Below, in pieces: positions 6,609-13,848 of a stretch of 61,173 nt of DNA. The stretch spans positions 1-61,173 of the IMG/VR virus record IMGVR_UViG_3300045988_099805, one strand, 5' to 3'. The translations under genes and the position numbers were made by a program. The DNA is from a virus. Positions within the stretch are counted from its first letter, which is position 1, and the number at the start of each line of letters is the position of its first letter. The notes under the pieces were generated by a model that searched no databases, was not told where the DNA came from, and was given only the letters and a program-made list of their open reading frames with translations.

Positions 6609-6836
6609 ATGATCAAATATAGGGTCGATGTTTTCCGGCTGCTTAAAGAGCATGGTTACAATCAAACAAGGATACAAAAAGAAAGGTTGTTGCCCGGTCA
6701 GACAGCTCAAAATATAAAAGCCGGAAAAAGCATAACGCTTGATACGCTCAATAAAATCTGCATAATGTGCAAATGTCAACCGGGTGATATAATTGAAATT
6801 GTTCCGACTGATGAAGAAAAGATTAAATACTATTGA
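6609..6836 (+). CDS. XRE/Cro-type helix-turn-helix regulator (75 aa)
   Basis: ATG 6609 lies 8 nt after AAGGAGG. The ...ITLDTLNKICIMCKCQPGDIIEIV pattern is typical of small HTH_26/XRE proteins. Confidence 0.65.
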   Translation: MIKYRVDVFRLLKEHGYNQTRIQKERLLPGQTAQNIKAGKSITLDTLNKICIMCKCQPGDIIEIVPTDEEKIKYY

Positions 6837-6861
6837 CATTATTCTAATATTGGAGTATAAT
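6833..6861 (+). promoter_or_regulatory. rightward consensus promoter, mirror copy of 6495-6523
   Basis: TTGACA (6833-6838), 17 nt, TATAAT (6856-6861). The spacer ttattctaatattggag carries the same operator with a degenerate right half. Confidence 0.75.
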
Positions 6862-6892
6862 GTAATCACAAAATTAAAAAGGAGTGATTGCA

Positions 6893-7492
6893 ATGAATGA
6901 TTTATTTGAAATACCAGAAACAGAATCAAATGGAGTATATGCGATCCTTAACGCTGAAGAAAACAGGGTTTACGTTGGTCAAACATCAAATTTAAGAAAA
7001 AGAGCAACGCAACACATGAACGCATTAAAAAACGGAAACCACCAAAACATTTTATTGAATTTTGACAGAAATAAAAAATTTTATTTTAAAATAATATTGG
7101 AAAATGTCAAGAATCCGGAGATTCTGCCGTTTTTAGAAAAAATATACATGCAGGTATATATAAATTTGGGATATCAGTTATACAATCTTTCCCCAAAAAA
7201 TTCATTAAAATCTTGCAGGCTATATGATGAAATAGGTTTATCTTCATACGAATATTTCAGATCTCCAGATTTTGCGAAAGATGTATTTTGCAATCCTAAT
7301 ATTGCATATTTCATTGTTGAAAAAGGTGAAAACGATGAGTTTGTTTTTTCTGAACCGATAGAAAAAGCGTTACCAGCAATAGAAAAAGCCGATAAAATGT
7401 ATTTATCCGGCAAAGATATTTATGCTGTCGTGTTATCGACCACAAAAAACAATGAGCCGTTTAAAATTTTAAAAATGGAAAAATCATATTAA
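6893..7492 (+). CDS. GIY-YIG nuclease-domain protein (homing-endonuclease-like)
   Basis: GVYAILN...RVYVGQTSNLRKRATQH motif. ATG 6893 follows AAGGAG. Confidence 0.65.
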   Translation: MNDLFEIPETESNGVYAILNAEENRVYVGQTSNLRKRATQHMNALKNGNHQNILLNFDRNKKFYFKIILENVKNPEILPFLEKIYMQVYINLGYQLYNLSPKNSLKSCRLYDEIGLSSYEYFRSPDFAKDVFCNPNIAYFIVEKGENDEFVFSEPIEKALPAIEKADKMYLSGKDIYAVVLSTTKNNEPFKILKMEKSY

Positions 7493-7532
7493 ACAACCCG
7501 CCGCAGGGTGAAGCGGAGGAAAGGAGATTATC

Positions 7533-7853
7533 ATGTGCTACAATACAATCAGACTGTTAAAGGGCGAAGGAAGATACGAGAGAAAGGCATTTGAGGATAA
7601 TTTCTCGAAGGGCGACACGATATTTGGGGACGATTGCGAACCTGTCGAGCTCGCAAGATGGAAAGCAGAAGACAAGGAGGAGGCAGAAGCGGCACTCGCC
7701 AAATATAAATGTGAATACAATTACGGCAAGCTTCAAAACACCTACTACGTCACAGAATACGGCTTAGAGTATTGTGACTGCGACGAAGATGGCGAATGGG
7801 AAGCAGTATCAGATTTTGACCTTGCGGAAGAGGTGGAGTCAGAAAATGAATAA
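7533..7853 (+). CDS. hypothetical strongly acidic protein (106 aa)
   Basis: GGAAAGGAG RBS. Rich in E and D, especially in the C-terminal half. Confidence 0.55.
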   Translation: MCYNTIRLLKGEGRYERKAFEDNFSKGDTIFGDDCEPVELARWKAEDKEEAEAALAKYKCEYNYGKLQNTYYVTEYGLEYCDCDEDGEWEAVSDFDLAEEVESENE

Positions 7854-8082
7854 TGGACTTATGGTGATGATGGAGCTTTCGCTTCAACTGCTGAAAATGG
7901 ATGACCGGCAGTTGTTCCGGCTCCATAACCTCATAGAGGAATACGCCCCGGATAACGATATCATAGATATATCAAAGTTCCTCCCGTGTGATAAATGCCG
8001 GGAGAAATACGGGGAATGCAGTGAAGAGGCAAGAGACTGCGAAAGCCGGTTCCTTGAATTTTGCAAAGAAGAAGCACCTTGA
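7846..8082 (+). CDS. hypothetical protein (78 aa)
   Basis: ATG 7846 overlaps the upstream stop. Cys-rich acidic C-terminus. Confidence 0.5.
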   Translation: MNNGLMVMMELSLQLLKMDDRQLFRLHNLIEEYAPDNDIIDISKFLPCDKCREKYGECSEEARDCESRFLEFCKEEAP

Positions 8083-8100
8083 AATATAGGTGCTTTTTTA
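8072..8100 (+). terminator. intrinsic terminator
   Basis: aagcacct/aggtgctt stem followed by TTTTTT. Confidence 0.75.
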
Positions 8101-8145
8101 TTTTGCACCAAAATAATACACTAAAATAAATACTTTTTGCACAAT

Positions 8146-8240
8146 AGGAGAAAAGAAGAAAGAGAAAAGGAAAGAAAAAACGAAAAAGAAAAGAACCAAA
8201 AGAAAAAGATAAAAATAAAGTAAAAGAGAAAGAATAAAAG
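8146..8240. repeat. polypurine (A/G) tract of about 95 nt on the + strand
   Basis: aggagaaaagaagaaagagaaaaggaaagaaaaaacgaaaaagaaaag... contains only a handful of pyrimidines. Confidence 0.85.
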
Positions 8241-8242
8241 AC

Positions 8243-8334
8243 ATATATATTATATTATTTATTATTAAATTTTTTATTTTTAATTATTATATTATTTATT
8301 ATTATATATATATTTATATTATATATATTATATA
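8243..8334. repeat. 92-nt stretch made only of A and T, with internal direct repeats
   Basis: No G or C between 8243 and 8334. ttatattatttattatta occurs twice, about 35 nt apart. Confidence 0.85.
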
Positions 8335-8364
8335 CAGCGATTAAATTATTATTTTTTTAGATAT

Positions 8365-8392
8365 TGACAAAATAAAAATATTGGTTTATAAT
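8365..8392 (+). promoter_or_regulatory. consensus sigma70 promoter
   Basis: TTGACA (8365-8370), 16 nt, TATAAT (8387-8392). Confidence 0.7.
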
Positions 8393-8399
8393 TTCAATT

Positions 8400-8590
8400 A
8401 CAATTTAGATCTGAAGCGCAGCCGGTGCTACCGGCAGAGGATCACCCCGGAGCCGTGAGAGGGGAGTAGATACTTAAAGCGATAGGACGGGACGAGCTAG
8501 GACGGCAATGGAACGCTCACAGGAATGACCAGAGGTGTTATATATGCACCTGCTAGGTTTTTCTTGTGGGCGTTTTTTATTTGATTTTAG
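8400..8590 (+). ncRNA. GC-rich structured leader RNA upstream of the terS-like gene (class unknown)
   Basis: Lies between a consensus promoter and the RBS. It is locally GC-rich in an AT-rich genome, with hairpins gccgg-tgcta-ccggc and aggtg-ttatatatg-cacct followed by U-runs. Confidence 0.4.
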
Positions 8591-8601
8591 GAGGTGAGAA
8601 C

Positions 8602-9267
8602 GTGGAGCGATTAGAGGATGAGCCATTGACCGGCGAGGTATTCGCGAACGAGATTGAGTATTATTTACAAGAATTTTGTGAGCAGAGAAAGCCGCCTATC
8701 GAGGATATGACAACAGCACCGCAGGGAGTATGGAATGCAGCTCTTTTATATATTCAACATCACCTTTTTAAGGGGACAAATAAATTAAAATTAAACAATC
8801 ACCTTAATGGTTATAAAAATAATAATAACTCTGATATTACTAGCAATCTTAATAAGTCAAATTGTAATGCTTATAATATTAGTCTAGTAAATGATATATG
8901 TGATTATTATATATATATGTGTTATCAATACGGTAAAGAAGTTAGTATATTAGGATTTAATAAATTAACTGGGATAGATGATAATACTATATATGCGTGG
9001 AGAGATGAAAAGAATATATTAAGTGATTCGGGTGCGGACATTTACAAAAAATTATCGCAGGAAAGAGAGGAGAGCTTGAGTGCGAAGCTGGTAGACAGCA
9101 AGCAGGCGGTAGCGCAGATAGCAATTCTCAATAAGCATTACGGATGGAATCTTCCAGGCGTAAGCAAGGAGCGAGAAGCGAAGAAAGCACTCACAGCAGC
9201 AGACATCCGAGCGAGGTTGTCTGACAGCAAACACACCGGAACACAAGATATTGTGGATGGCGGATAA
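8602..9267 (+). CDS. terminase small subunit-like DNA-binding protein
   Basis: GTG 8602 follows TAGGAGG. ...ILGFNKLTGIDDNTIYAWRDE... and ...AQIAILNKHYGWNLPG resemble TerS families. It lies 5.4 kb from terL, so the function is uncertain. Confidence 0.4.
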   Translation: MERLEDEPLTGEVFANEIEYYLQEFCEQRKPPIEDMTTAPQGVWNAALLYIQHHLFKGTNKLKLNNHLNGYKNNNNSDITSNLNKSNCNAYNISLVNDICDYYIYMCYQYGKEVSILGFNKLTGIDDNTIYAWRDEKNILSDSGADIYKKLSQEREESLSAKLVDSKQAVAQIAILNKHYGWNLPGVSKEREAKKALTAADIRARLSDSKHTGTQDIVDGG

Positions 9268-9289
9268 GTGGTACAATATATGGTGGTTG

Positions 9290-9545
9290 GTCTATGGGAG
9301 AAACTGCGGTTTATCCAAGAGAGCTAAAAGAACGACGGGAACCGGACGGAAAAGCACCGTTCCGGAACCATCTCACGGCTCCGGATGGGAAAAGGGGCGT
9401 CCCCCTCTGCACCGGACGCCCTGACGGGCGTACTAAGCCCCCAAAATATTCTCAAAAACAAAAAGACCTTGGCGTAGATAGGGTAGCTCCCGACAAGCTG
9501 CAACCTTTCACAGCTTCTACGCCGATTAAAGAAAGGGTATGTCTA
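9290..9545 (+). ncRNA. GC-rich structured RNA element (class unknown)
   Basis: The track ORF 9294..9548 has no RBS and a P/R/G-rich translation. There are many helices, including gggcgtcc/ggacgccc, the alternative pairing acgccc/gggcgt, and ggcgtaga/tctacgcc. Confidence 0.4.
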
Positions 9546-9578
9546 TAGATGCAAGGATAAATGAAAGGTGGTCTATAT

Positions 9579-10313
9579 ATGAACGATTTACAAGTATTCA
9601 GCAGTACAGAGTTTGGTAGCGTACGAACAATAACCATAGACGGGAAAATAATGTTTGTTGGAAAAGATGTTTGTGATATTCTGGAGTACCAAAACGGTAG
9701 TCGAGATATAAACAGACATGTTGACGAAGATGACAGACAGAAGATTATGTTGTTTGATGGAACGAAAGAAAACGAAACCATAGTAATAAACGAATCCGGT
9801 CTTTATAGTTTGATATTTTCTAGCAGAATGCCAAACGCAAAGAAATTTAAGCGTTGGGTTACGAGCGAAGTGATACCGAGCATTCGGAAAAACGGATACT
9901 ACGATATGAGAGAAAGTAAAACGGATTCGTACATGATTGAGGATCCGGCAGAACGTGCAAGACGTTGGGCGGAAGAGTACGAAGAGAAAAAGTTGCTAGA
10001 ATGTAAAGTCACGGAGCTTAAACCAAAGGCTGATTATTTTGATGGGCTGGTCGATAGCAAACTTTTAACGACATTTAGAGATGCGGCAAAAGAATTTCAA
10101 ATGTCACCAAAGAGCTTTAATAAGTGGCTGACAGAGCACGGATACATTTACCGTGACAGGCACGGAATTATTAAGCCATATGAGCAGTATAGAAAAAGCG
10201 GTTTATTTCAACTTAAAGATTTTAAGACTCCTCACGGTTATTCTAATGTTCAAACGTATTTAACCATTAGAGGGAAAGAAACATTCCGTTTACTTATGGG
10301 GGTTGAACAATGA
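9579..10313 (+). CDS. antirepressor (BRO-N plus KilAC/ANT C-terminal domain)
   Basis: MNDLQVFSSTEFGSVRTITIDGKIMFVGKDV is a Bro-N domain. It is a paralogue of 40975..41718. ATG 9579 follows AAGGTGG. Confidence 0.75.
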   Translation: MNDLQVFSSTEFGSVRTITIDGKIMFVGKDVCDILEYQNGSRDINRHVDEDDRQKIMLFDGTKENETIVINESGLYSLIFSSRMPNAKKFKRWVTSEVIPSIRKNGYYDMRESKTDSYMIEDPAERARRWAEEYEEKKLLECKVTELKPKADYFDGLVDSKLLTTFRDAAKEFQMSPKSFNKWLTEHGYIYRDRHGIIKPYEQYRKSGLFQLKDFKTPHGYSNVQTYLTIRGKETFRLLMGVEQ

Positions 10314-10468
10314 TAAGAACAACACCGAAAAAATTATTTCTTTTGCCGTATGAGTTTCCAGAAGTAGACATAATACACTTATTCCGTGGCTATTATCTGG
10401 TTAGTAAATACGGCAATGCTGATAGCTGGATAAAGAGACATAGTTACATTTTGGTGAAAGTTGAGTAA
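10310..10468 (+). CDS. hypothetical small protein (52 aa)
   Basis: ATGA overlap with the upstream stop. Read manually. Confidence 0.4.
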   Translation: MIRTTPKKLFLLPYEFPEVDIIHLFRGYYLVSKYGNADSWIKRHSYILVKVE

Positions 10469-10490
10469 TAAACTAAAAATGGAGGAATAT

Positions 10491-10826
10491 ATGTTTGATC
10501 CGATGAGTGGTAAAATGATTGATGCTTCCAAGATTGATCTTGATATTTTTACGGAAGCAGAACAAGAAAAAGTTTTAGAACTGTGCAACGGAATTAAGAA
10601 TGACAACGTAAATCATCCGTCGCATTATGAAACTGGAAAATACCAATGCATAGACGTGATGGAGGAAACGCAAGGCACAGAAGCGGTAAAAGATTTCTGC
10701 ATCTGCAATGCATTTAAGTATATCTACCGGTACCGTCATAAGAACGGCTTAGAGGATGTTAAAAAGGCTGTCTGGTATTTGAATAAATACATTGAATTGA
10801 GTGAGAAAGATGAAAATAGGTCGTAA
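10491..10826 (+). CDS. DUF3310-family protein
   Basis: NHPSHY...IDVMEE...NAFKYIYRYRHKNGLEDVKKAVWYL matches my memory of DUF3310. ATG follows GGAGGA. Confidence 0.6.
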   Translation: MFDPMSGKMIDASKIDLDIFTEAEQEKVLELCNGIKNDNVNHPSHYETGKYQCIDVMEETQGTEAVKDFCICNAFKYIYRYRHKNGLEDVKKAVWYLNKYIELSEKDENRS

Positions 10827-10992
10827 AGAGATTGACGATGAATGTACGAAATGCGGTCGGATGTTTGAATGTGATTTATTTAAAACCGGTCACGGAATTG
10901 ATTGCCAGCGTAGTAATGTCACTGACATGGTTAAATGCCAGTTTGAACATTTAGATAAGCGAAAAGGAGGTAGAATCTATGAGACAGAATAG
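10810..10992 (+). CDS. hypothetical small Cys-containing protein (60 aa)
   Basis: ATG 10810 lies within track ORF 10801..10992. Confidence 0.45.
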   Translation: MKIGRKEIDDECTKCGRMFECDLFKTGHGIDCQRSNVTDMVKCQFEHLDKRKGGRIYETE

Positions 10993-11117
10993 AAACATTC
11001 GTTGCCCTACTTGTTGATGGGAAAGTAAAAATCAATAGTCTGAAATAAACGTGTCATAATAACCTTTTAATCGTAGTAGTTTACGGGCGTTTGATTGGTC
11101 TCTTCGCCCGTAGGTGA

Positions 11118-11189
11118 TGGGGTATCGCCAAATGGTAAGGCATGGGATTTTGGTTCCCAGACTTCCCGGTTCGAATCCGGGTACCCTAG
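11118..11189 (+). tRNA. tRNA-Gln (anticodon UUG)
   Basis: TGGGGTA-TC-GCC-AAATGGTAA-GGC-A-TGGGA-TTTTGGT-TCCCA-GACTT-CCCGG-TTCGAAT-CCGGG-TACCCTA-G. This is close to E. coli tRNA-Gln. It is 72 nt long and has no encoded CCA. Confidence 0.85.
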
Positions 11190-11459
11190 TTTCCGGCAGG
11201 TTCTTTTGTTCGCTATGCTTTTCATCTCCTGCTGGAACCATGATGCTACATGCTATTTGCATTGTACATCTCCTTTCTAATACCCCTCTAGCGGAAAGCT
11301 GATTAAAGATCCGTCACAAGGATCGGAGGGGGTTACTTGAGCATCTATCCCACGATGCTCAAGCGTGCAAATCAACTTACGCTTTTTGGCATGAGCGTAG
11401 CCGTAACAGGCGGTGTCATTTCATACAAAATCCTCCATTGATAATTGTATGTTTTTGAG

Positions 11460-11525
11460 TGGCAAGCGCGCAGGGCATCCGTTATTCGTGCAGACGGAAA
11501 GATGGTTCAAATCCATCCTTGCCAT
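11460..11525 (+). other. aberrant tRNA-like element (66 nt)
   Basis: Perfect 7-bp acceptor stem TGGCAAG/CTTGCCA and T-arm GATGG-TTCAAAT-CCATC. The 32-nt core lacks a D-arm and holds one hairpin, tccgt...acgga. Confidence 0.35.
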
Positions 11526-11578
11526 TATCCGGCACGGGATTTATTCCTGTGACCGGCTGGTCTTACTGAAAGACTGGT

Positions 11579-11664
11579 GGACGGAGGCTGGAACGCCGGT
11601 TGGAGGTTTTCACTCCTTTACTCCAACATAAAGGAGAATTGCGGTTCGAATCCGCAACCGTCCG
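11579..11664 (+). other. aberrant tRNA-like element (86 nt)
   Basis: T-arm TGCGG-TTCGAAT-CCGCA and acceptor GGACGG(A)/(A)CCGTCC. The core has a D-like stem with a 4-nt loop and mutually exclusive 7-bp pairings: gttggag/ctccaac versus ctccttt/aaaggag. Confidence 0.3.
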
Positions 11665-11873
11665 TTTTGCTTTTGAGAATCAGTTGTGCAGAAACCAATG
11701 ATATCAATGGAAGAACAGAAACTACATGATTTCTTGAAAGTAAGTATTTTACAACAAACTAGGTGATGCAGACCGAAAAGCAGACCTACGACTGCCTGTT
11801 TGTTGTTTTTATTGATCGTAGAGTTTAGCACATAAAGCGTGGTGCTGTTTATGTTTCGTAGGAGGTAAACAAT

Positions 11874-12815
11874 ATGAATTATAATGAGCTGTTTATAAAC
11901 AAAGACGATGTTTTGCTTATCCGAAAAACGCTTGTAAAGGTTTTGGGTAATCTGAATGAAGCTGTTGTTCTTAACCAGATACATTATTGGCTTGAAATCA
12001 ATAAAAAGGCAGATAAAAATTTTCGTGATGGAAGATACTGGATTTTTAATACATATCAGTCGTGGAAAGAAACCGATTTTGATTTTTGGTCAGTAGACAC
12101 GATCAGAAGAACAATAACCAGTCTGGAGAAAAAAGGCATTGTTATTACAGCTAATTATAACAAAATGAAAATTGACAAGACAAAGTGGTATTCCATTGAC
12201 TATGAAAAGCTGCAAAGTCTTGTTGACAATTACGATATGGCAGATTGCGTTCACGACATGGCAAATTGCACAGATGGACATGGCAATCTCAGCAAAGCAA
12301 TACCAGAGACTACTACAGAGAATACATACAAAGACTACATAGAGGATAATACATCATCTAACGATGATGGAAAGGTAAATACATCATTTTCAGAAAATGA
12401 TGAAAAACCAAAACTCACAAAATCGGAATTGCAGAAAAAGCAACAGGACATGTCTAAACGTTTTTATGATATCTGCGATGTATCTATCGGTCATGGTGAT
12501 TTGAAAGAAGCAGTAAATAATGCTTTTAATCTTTACATGGATTTGTTTACAGAGAAAACAGGGAAGACACATCCGATATTGAGAAATGAAACGCTGATTG
12601 ACGTATGTTCAGCTTTATCCCATATAAACGATAAAGAGTTTAATCATTTTGAGGAGTTTGATTTTTCAAAACCAAAAGAAGATGGAACAATGCCGTTGGA
12701 AGAAATGGTAAGATTGCACTTTGCTAGAAGCCACAATGGTAAGACAGATTATAGCATAGCTCATTTTTGTAACAAAAAGTATCTTTTGAAACTGGCACAA
12801 TTTGTAATGAGTTAG
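11874..12815 (+). CDS. putative replication initiator / winged-helix (RepA_N or DnaD-like) protein
   Basis: GGAGG RBS. N-terminal ...EAVVLNQIHYWLE...GRYWIFNTYQSWKE...TIRRTITSLEKKGIV looks like a wHTH domain. The middle region is acidic. Confidence 0.45.
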   Translation: MNYNELFINKDDVLLIRKTLVKVLGNLNEAVVLNQIHYWLEINKKADKNFRDGRYWIFNTYQSWKETDFDFWSVDTIRRTITSLEKKGIVITANYNKMKIDKTKWYSIDYEKLQSLVDNYDMADCVHDMANCTDGHGNLSKAIPETTTENTYKDYIEDNTSSNDDGKVNTSFSENDEKPKLTKSELQKKQQDMSKRFYDICDVSIGHGDLKEAVNNAFNLYMDLFTEKTGKTHPILRNETLIDVCSALSHINDKEFNHFEEFDFSKPKEDGTMPLEEMVRLHFARSHNGKTDYSIAHFCNKKYLLKLAQFVMS

Positions 12816-12822
12816 GAGAAAT

Positions 12823-12975
12823 ATGAATTTTTCTGATATTGCACCAAAAGATTATAGCTGCCACTTCCAAGATTGTCGGTATAACGCTTTTGGATGTTGC
12901 ACCGATGAAGAAAATCGTGAAAAGTGTTTAGAAATTGTGAAATTAGTTTTGTGTATGGAGGAAAACGATGATTGA
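12823..12975 (+). CDS. hypothetical small Cys-rich protein (50 aa)
   Basis: AGGAG RBS. Read manually. Confidence 0.4.
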   Translation: MNFSDIAPKDYSCHFQDCRYNAFGCCTDEENREKCLEIVKLVLCMEENDD

Positions 12976-13204
12976 ATGGATTTTTAACCATTGGCTTTGC
13001 AGAAAAACGAAAAATCTGACGCAAATACCGATTTTTTATATGACATTTGATTACAGGAAGTATAAAAGGTACGGGAAAGAGAATAGCTGCACATTTCATT
13101 GTTTGCCGGAAATTGCTAATGATGAATTTGTAAAAAACAGATTGAGCGAGGTTGTTGATTATGTCAGAGATAATTACGATCTTGACGAAATTGTGAGGAT
13201 TTAG
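12968..13204 (+). CDS. hypothetical protein (78 aa)
   Basis: Track ORF; its start overlaps the upstream stop. Confidence 0.45.
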   Translation: MIEWIFNHWLCRKTKNLTQIPIFYMTFDYRKYKRYGKENSCTFHCLPEIANDEFVKNRLSEVVDYVRDNYDLDEIVRI

Positions 13205-13206
13205 CG

Positions 13207-13404
13207 ATGTTTGGAACAGGAAATGCAATCAAAAAGACGGAAAAGACTTTGGAAAAGATAAAATCTGACCTTTATCCGGAATATAGATATGCGGTGACAG
13301 ATTTTTATACCGGTGAATTTCTTTATGCAACAAAGACTTTCAATAAGGCTATGGAAGATAATTTTGAGAGAATGGTTATCATTACGGATTTGGACGGTGT
13401 TTAA
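13207..13404 (+). CDS. hypothetical protein (65 aa)
   Basis: Track ORF, tightly packed after the previous gene. Confidence 0.45.
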   Translation: MFGTGNAIKKTEKTLEKIKSDLYPEYRYAVTDFYTGEFLYATKTFNKAMEDNFERMVIITDLDGV

Positions 13405-13502
13405 TTTAACCGTAAATCAATTTTAGGACAAAAGCAGGGAATTGCGCATAAAGAATAAAATCGCTTGAATATGAGCGATATACAAGGTGTAGGAGGGATT
13501 AT

Positions 13503-13727
13503 ATGACGGTCAATATAGGAAAAAGCATTTATGAGGGACTTTCTATTGTTCAGTTTAATGAACTTCTGAAAATCGCCAGTGATACCGTTCCGTTTGGAAT
13601 TTATGCTATTGAGAAAAAAGGCGTGGCTATTATGCTAAGAAAGAAATATAAGTCAAAGCCTGCGTTGCGAAAAGCAGTGAAAGAGTATATGGACGGTGGA
13701 TTCACGGTACATTGTAACGGATTGTAA
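13503..13727 (+). CDS. hypothetical protein (74 aa)
   Basis: GGAGGGA RBS. Confidence 0.5.
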   Translation: MTVNIGKSIYEGLSIVQFNELLKIASDTVPFGIYAIEKKGVAIMLRKKYKSKPALRKAVKEYMDGGFTVHCNGL

Positions 13728-13848
13728 AATGGACATGCCGGAGGTGGGGAACTGCGTTGCACCCACGCGCCTTGCGTAAATGACGTAACGGTTAAAAGAG
13801 ATGGAGCAGATTGCAACGGCTCCGCGGCATATTTTAAGGAGATAAAAA
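13728..13848 (+). promoter_or_regulatory. GC-rich structured leader (possible cis-regulatory RNA)
   Basis: Closing helix atgccggag / ctccg(c)ggcat encloses gtggg...cccac and a long-range gcgttgca / tgcaacg pairing. It ends at the AAGGAG RBS of the next gene. Confidence 0.3.

Larger units (their letters stand above)
11190..11700 (+). ncRNA. contiguous block of stable helices and tRNA-like modules (possible large structured RNA, ROOL/GOLLD-type hypothesis)
   Basis: No credible ORF between 10993 and 11873. Back-to-back helices include a 10-bp stem ttccggcagg/cctgctggaa, a junction closed by cccctc/gagggg, a 10-bp stem cttgagcatc/gatgctcaag, and two T-arm modules. Confidence 0.35.

Noticed and set aside
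6151-6929. ORFs 6151..6594(+) and 6585..6929(-), both containing TLYSNIRIMS
   Set aside because: The shared peptide is only the translation of the mirrored promoter/operator cassette. Both ORFs cross promoters and the real HTH gene.
8146-8240. Polypurine tract as a coding region for a K/E/R-rich peptide
   Set aside because: There is no start codon or RBS in any purine-rich frame, and the tract lies between a terminator and a promoter.
9294-9548. 84-aa ORF MGETAVYPRELKERREPDGK...
   Set aside because: It has no Shine-Dalgarno, and its P/R/G-rich composition is what a GC-rich structured RNA gives on translation. It is treated as non-coding.
11579-11664. tmRNA or tRNA-Sec interpretation of the 86-nt tRNA-like element
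   Set aside because: No tag-peptide ORF or matching distant 5' acceptor strand could be found for a tmRNA. The acceptor and T stems do not fit the 8/5 Sec geometry, and no UCA anticodon loop can be drawn.
11032-11984. Track ORFs 11032..11262(-), 11095..11280, 11114..11302, 11413..11631 and 11610..11984(-)
   Set aside because: They run straight through the tRNA-Gln gene and the tRNA-like helices, overlap each other in several frames, and have no RBS.
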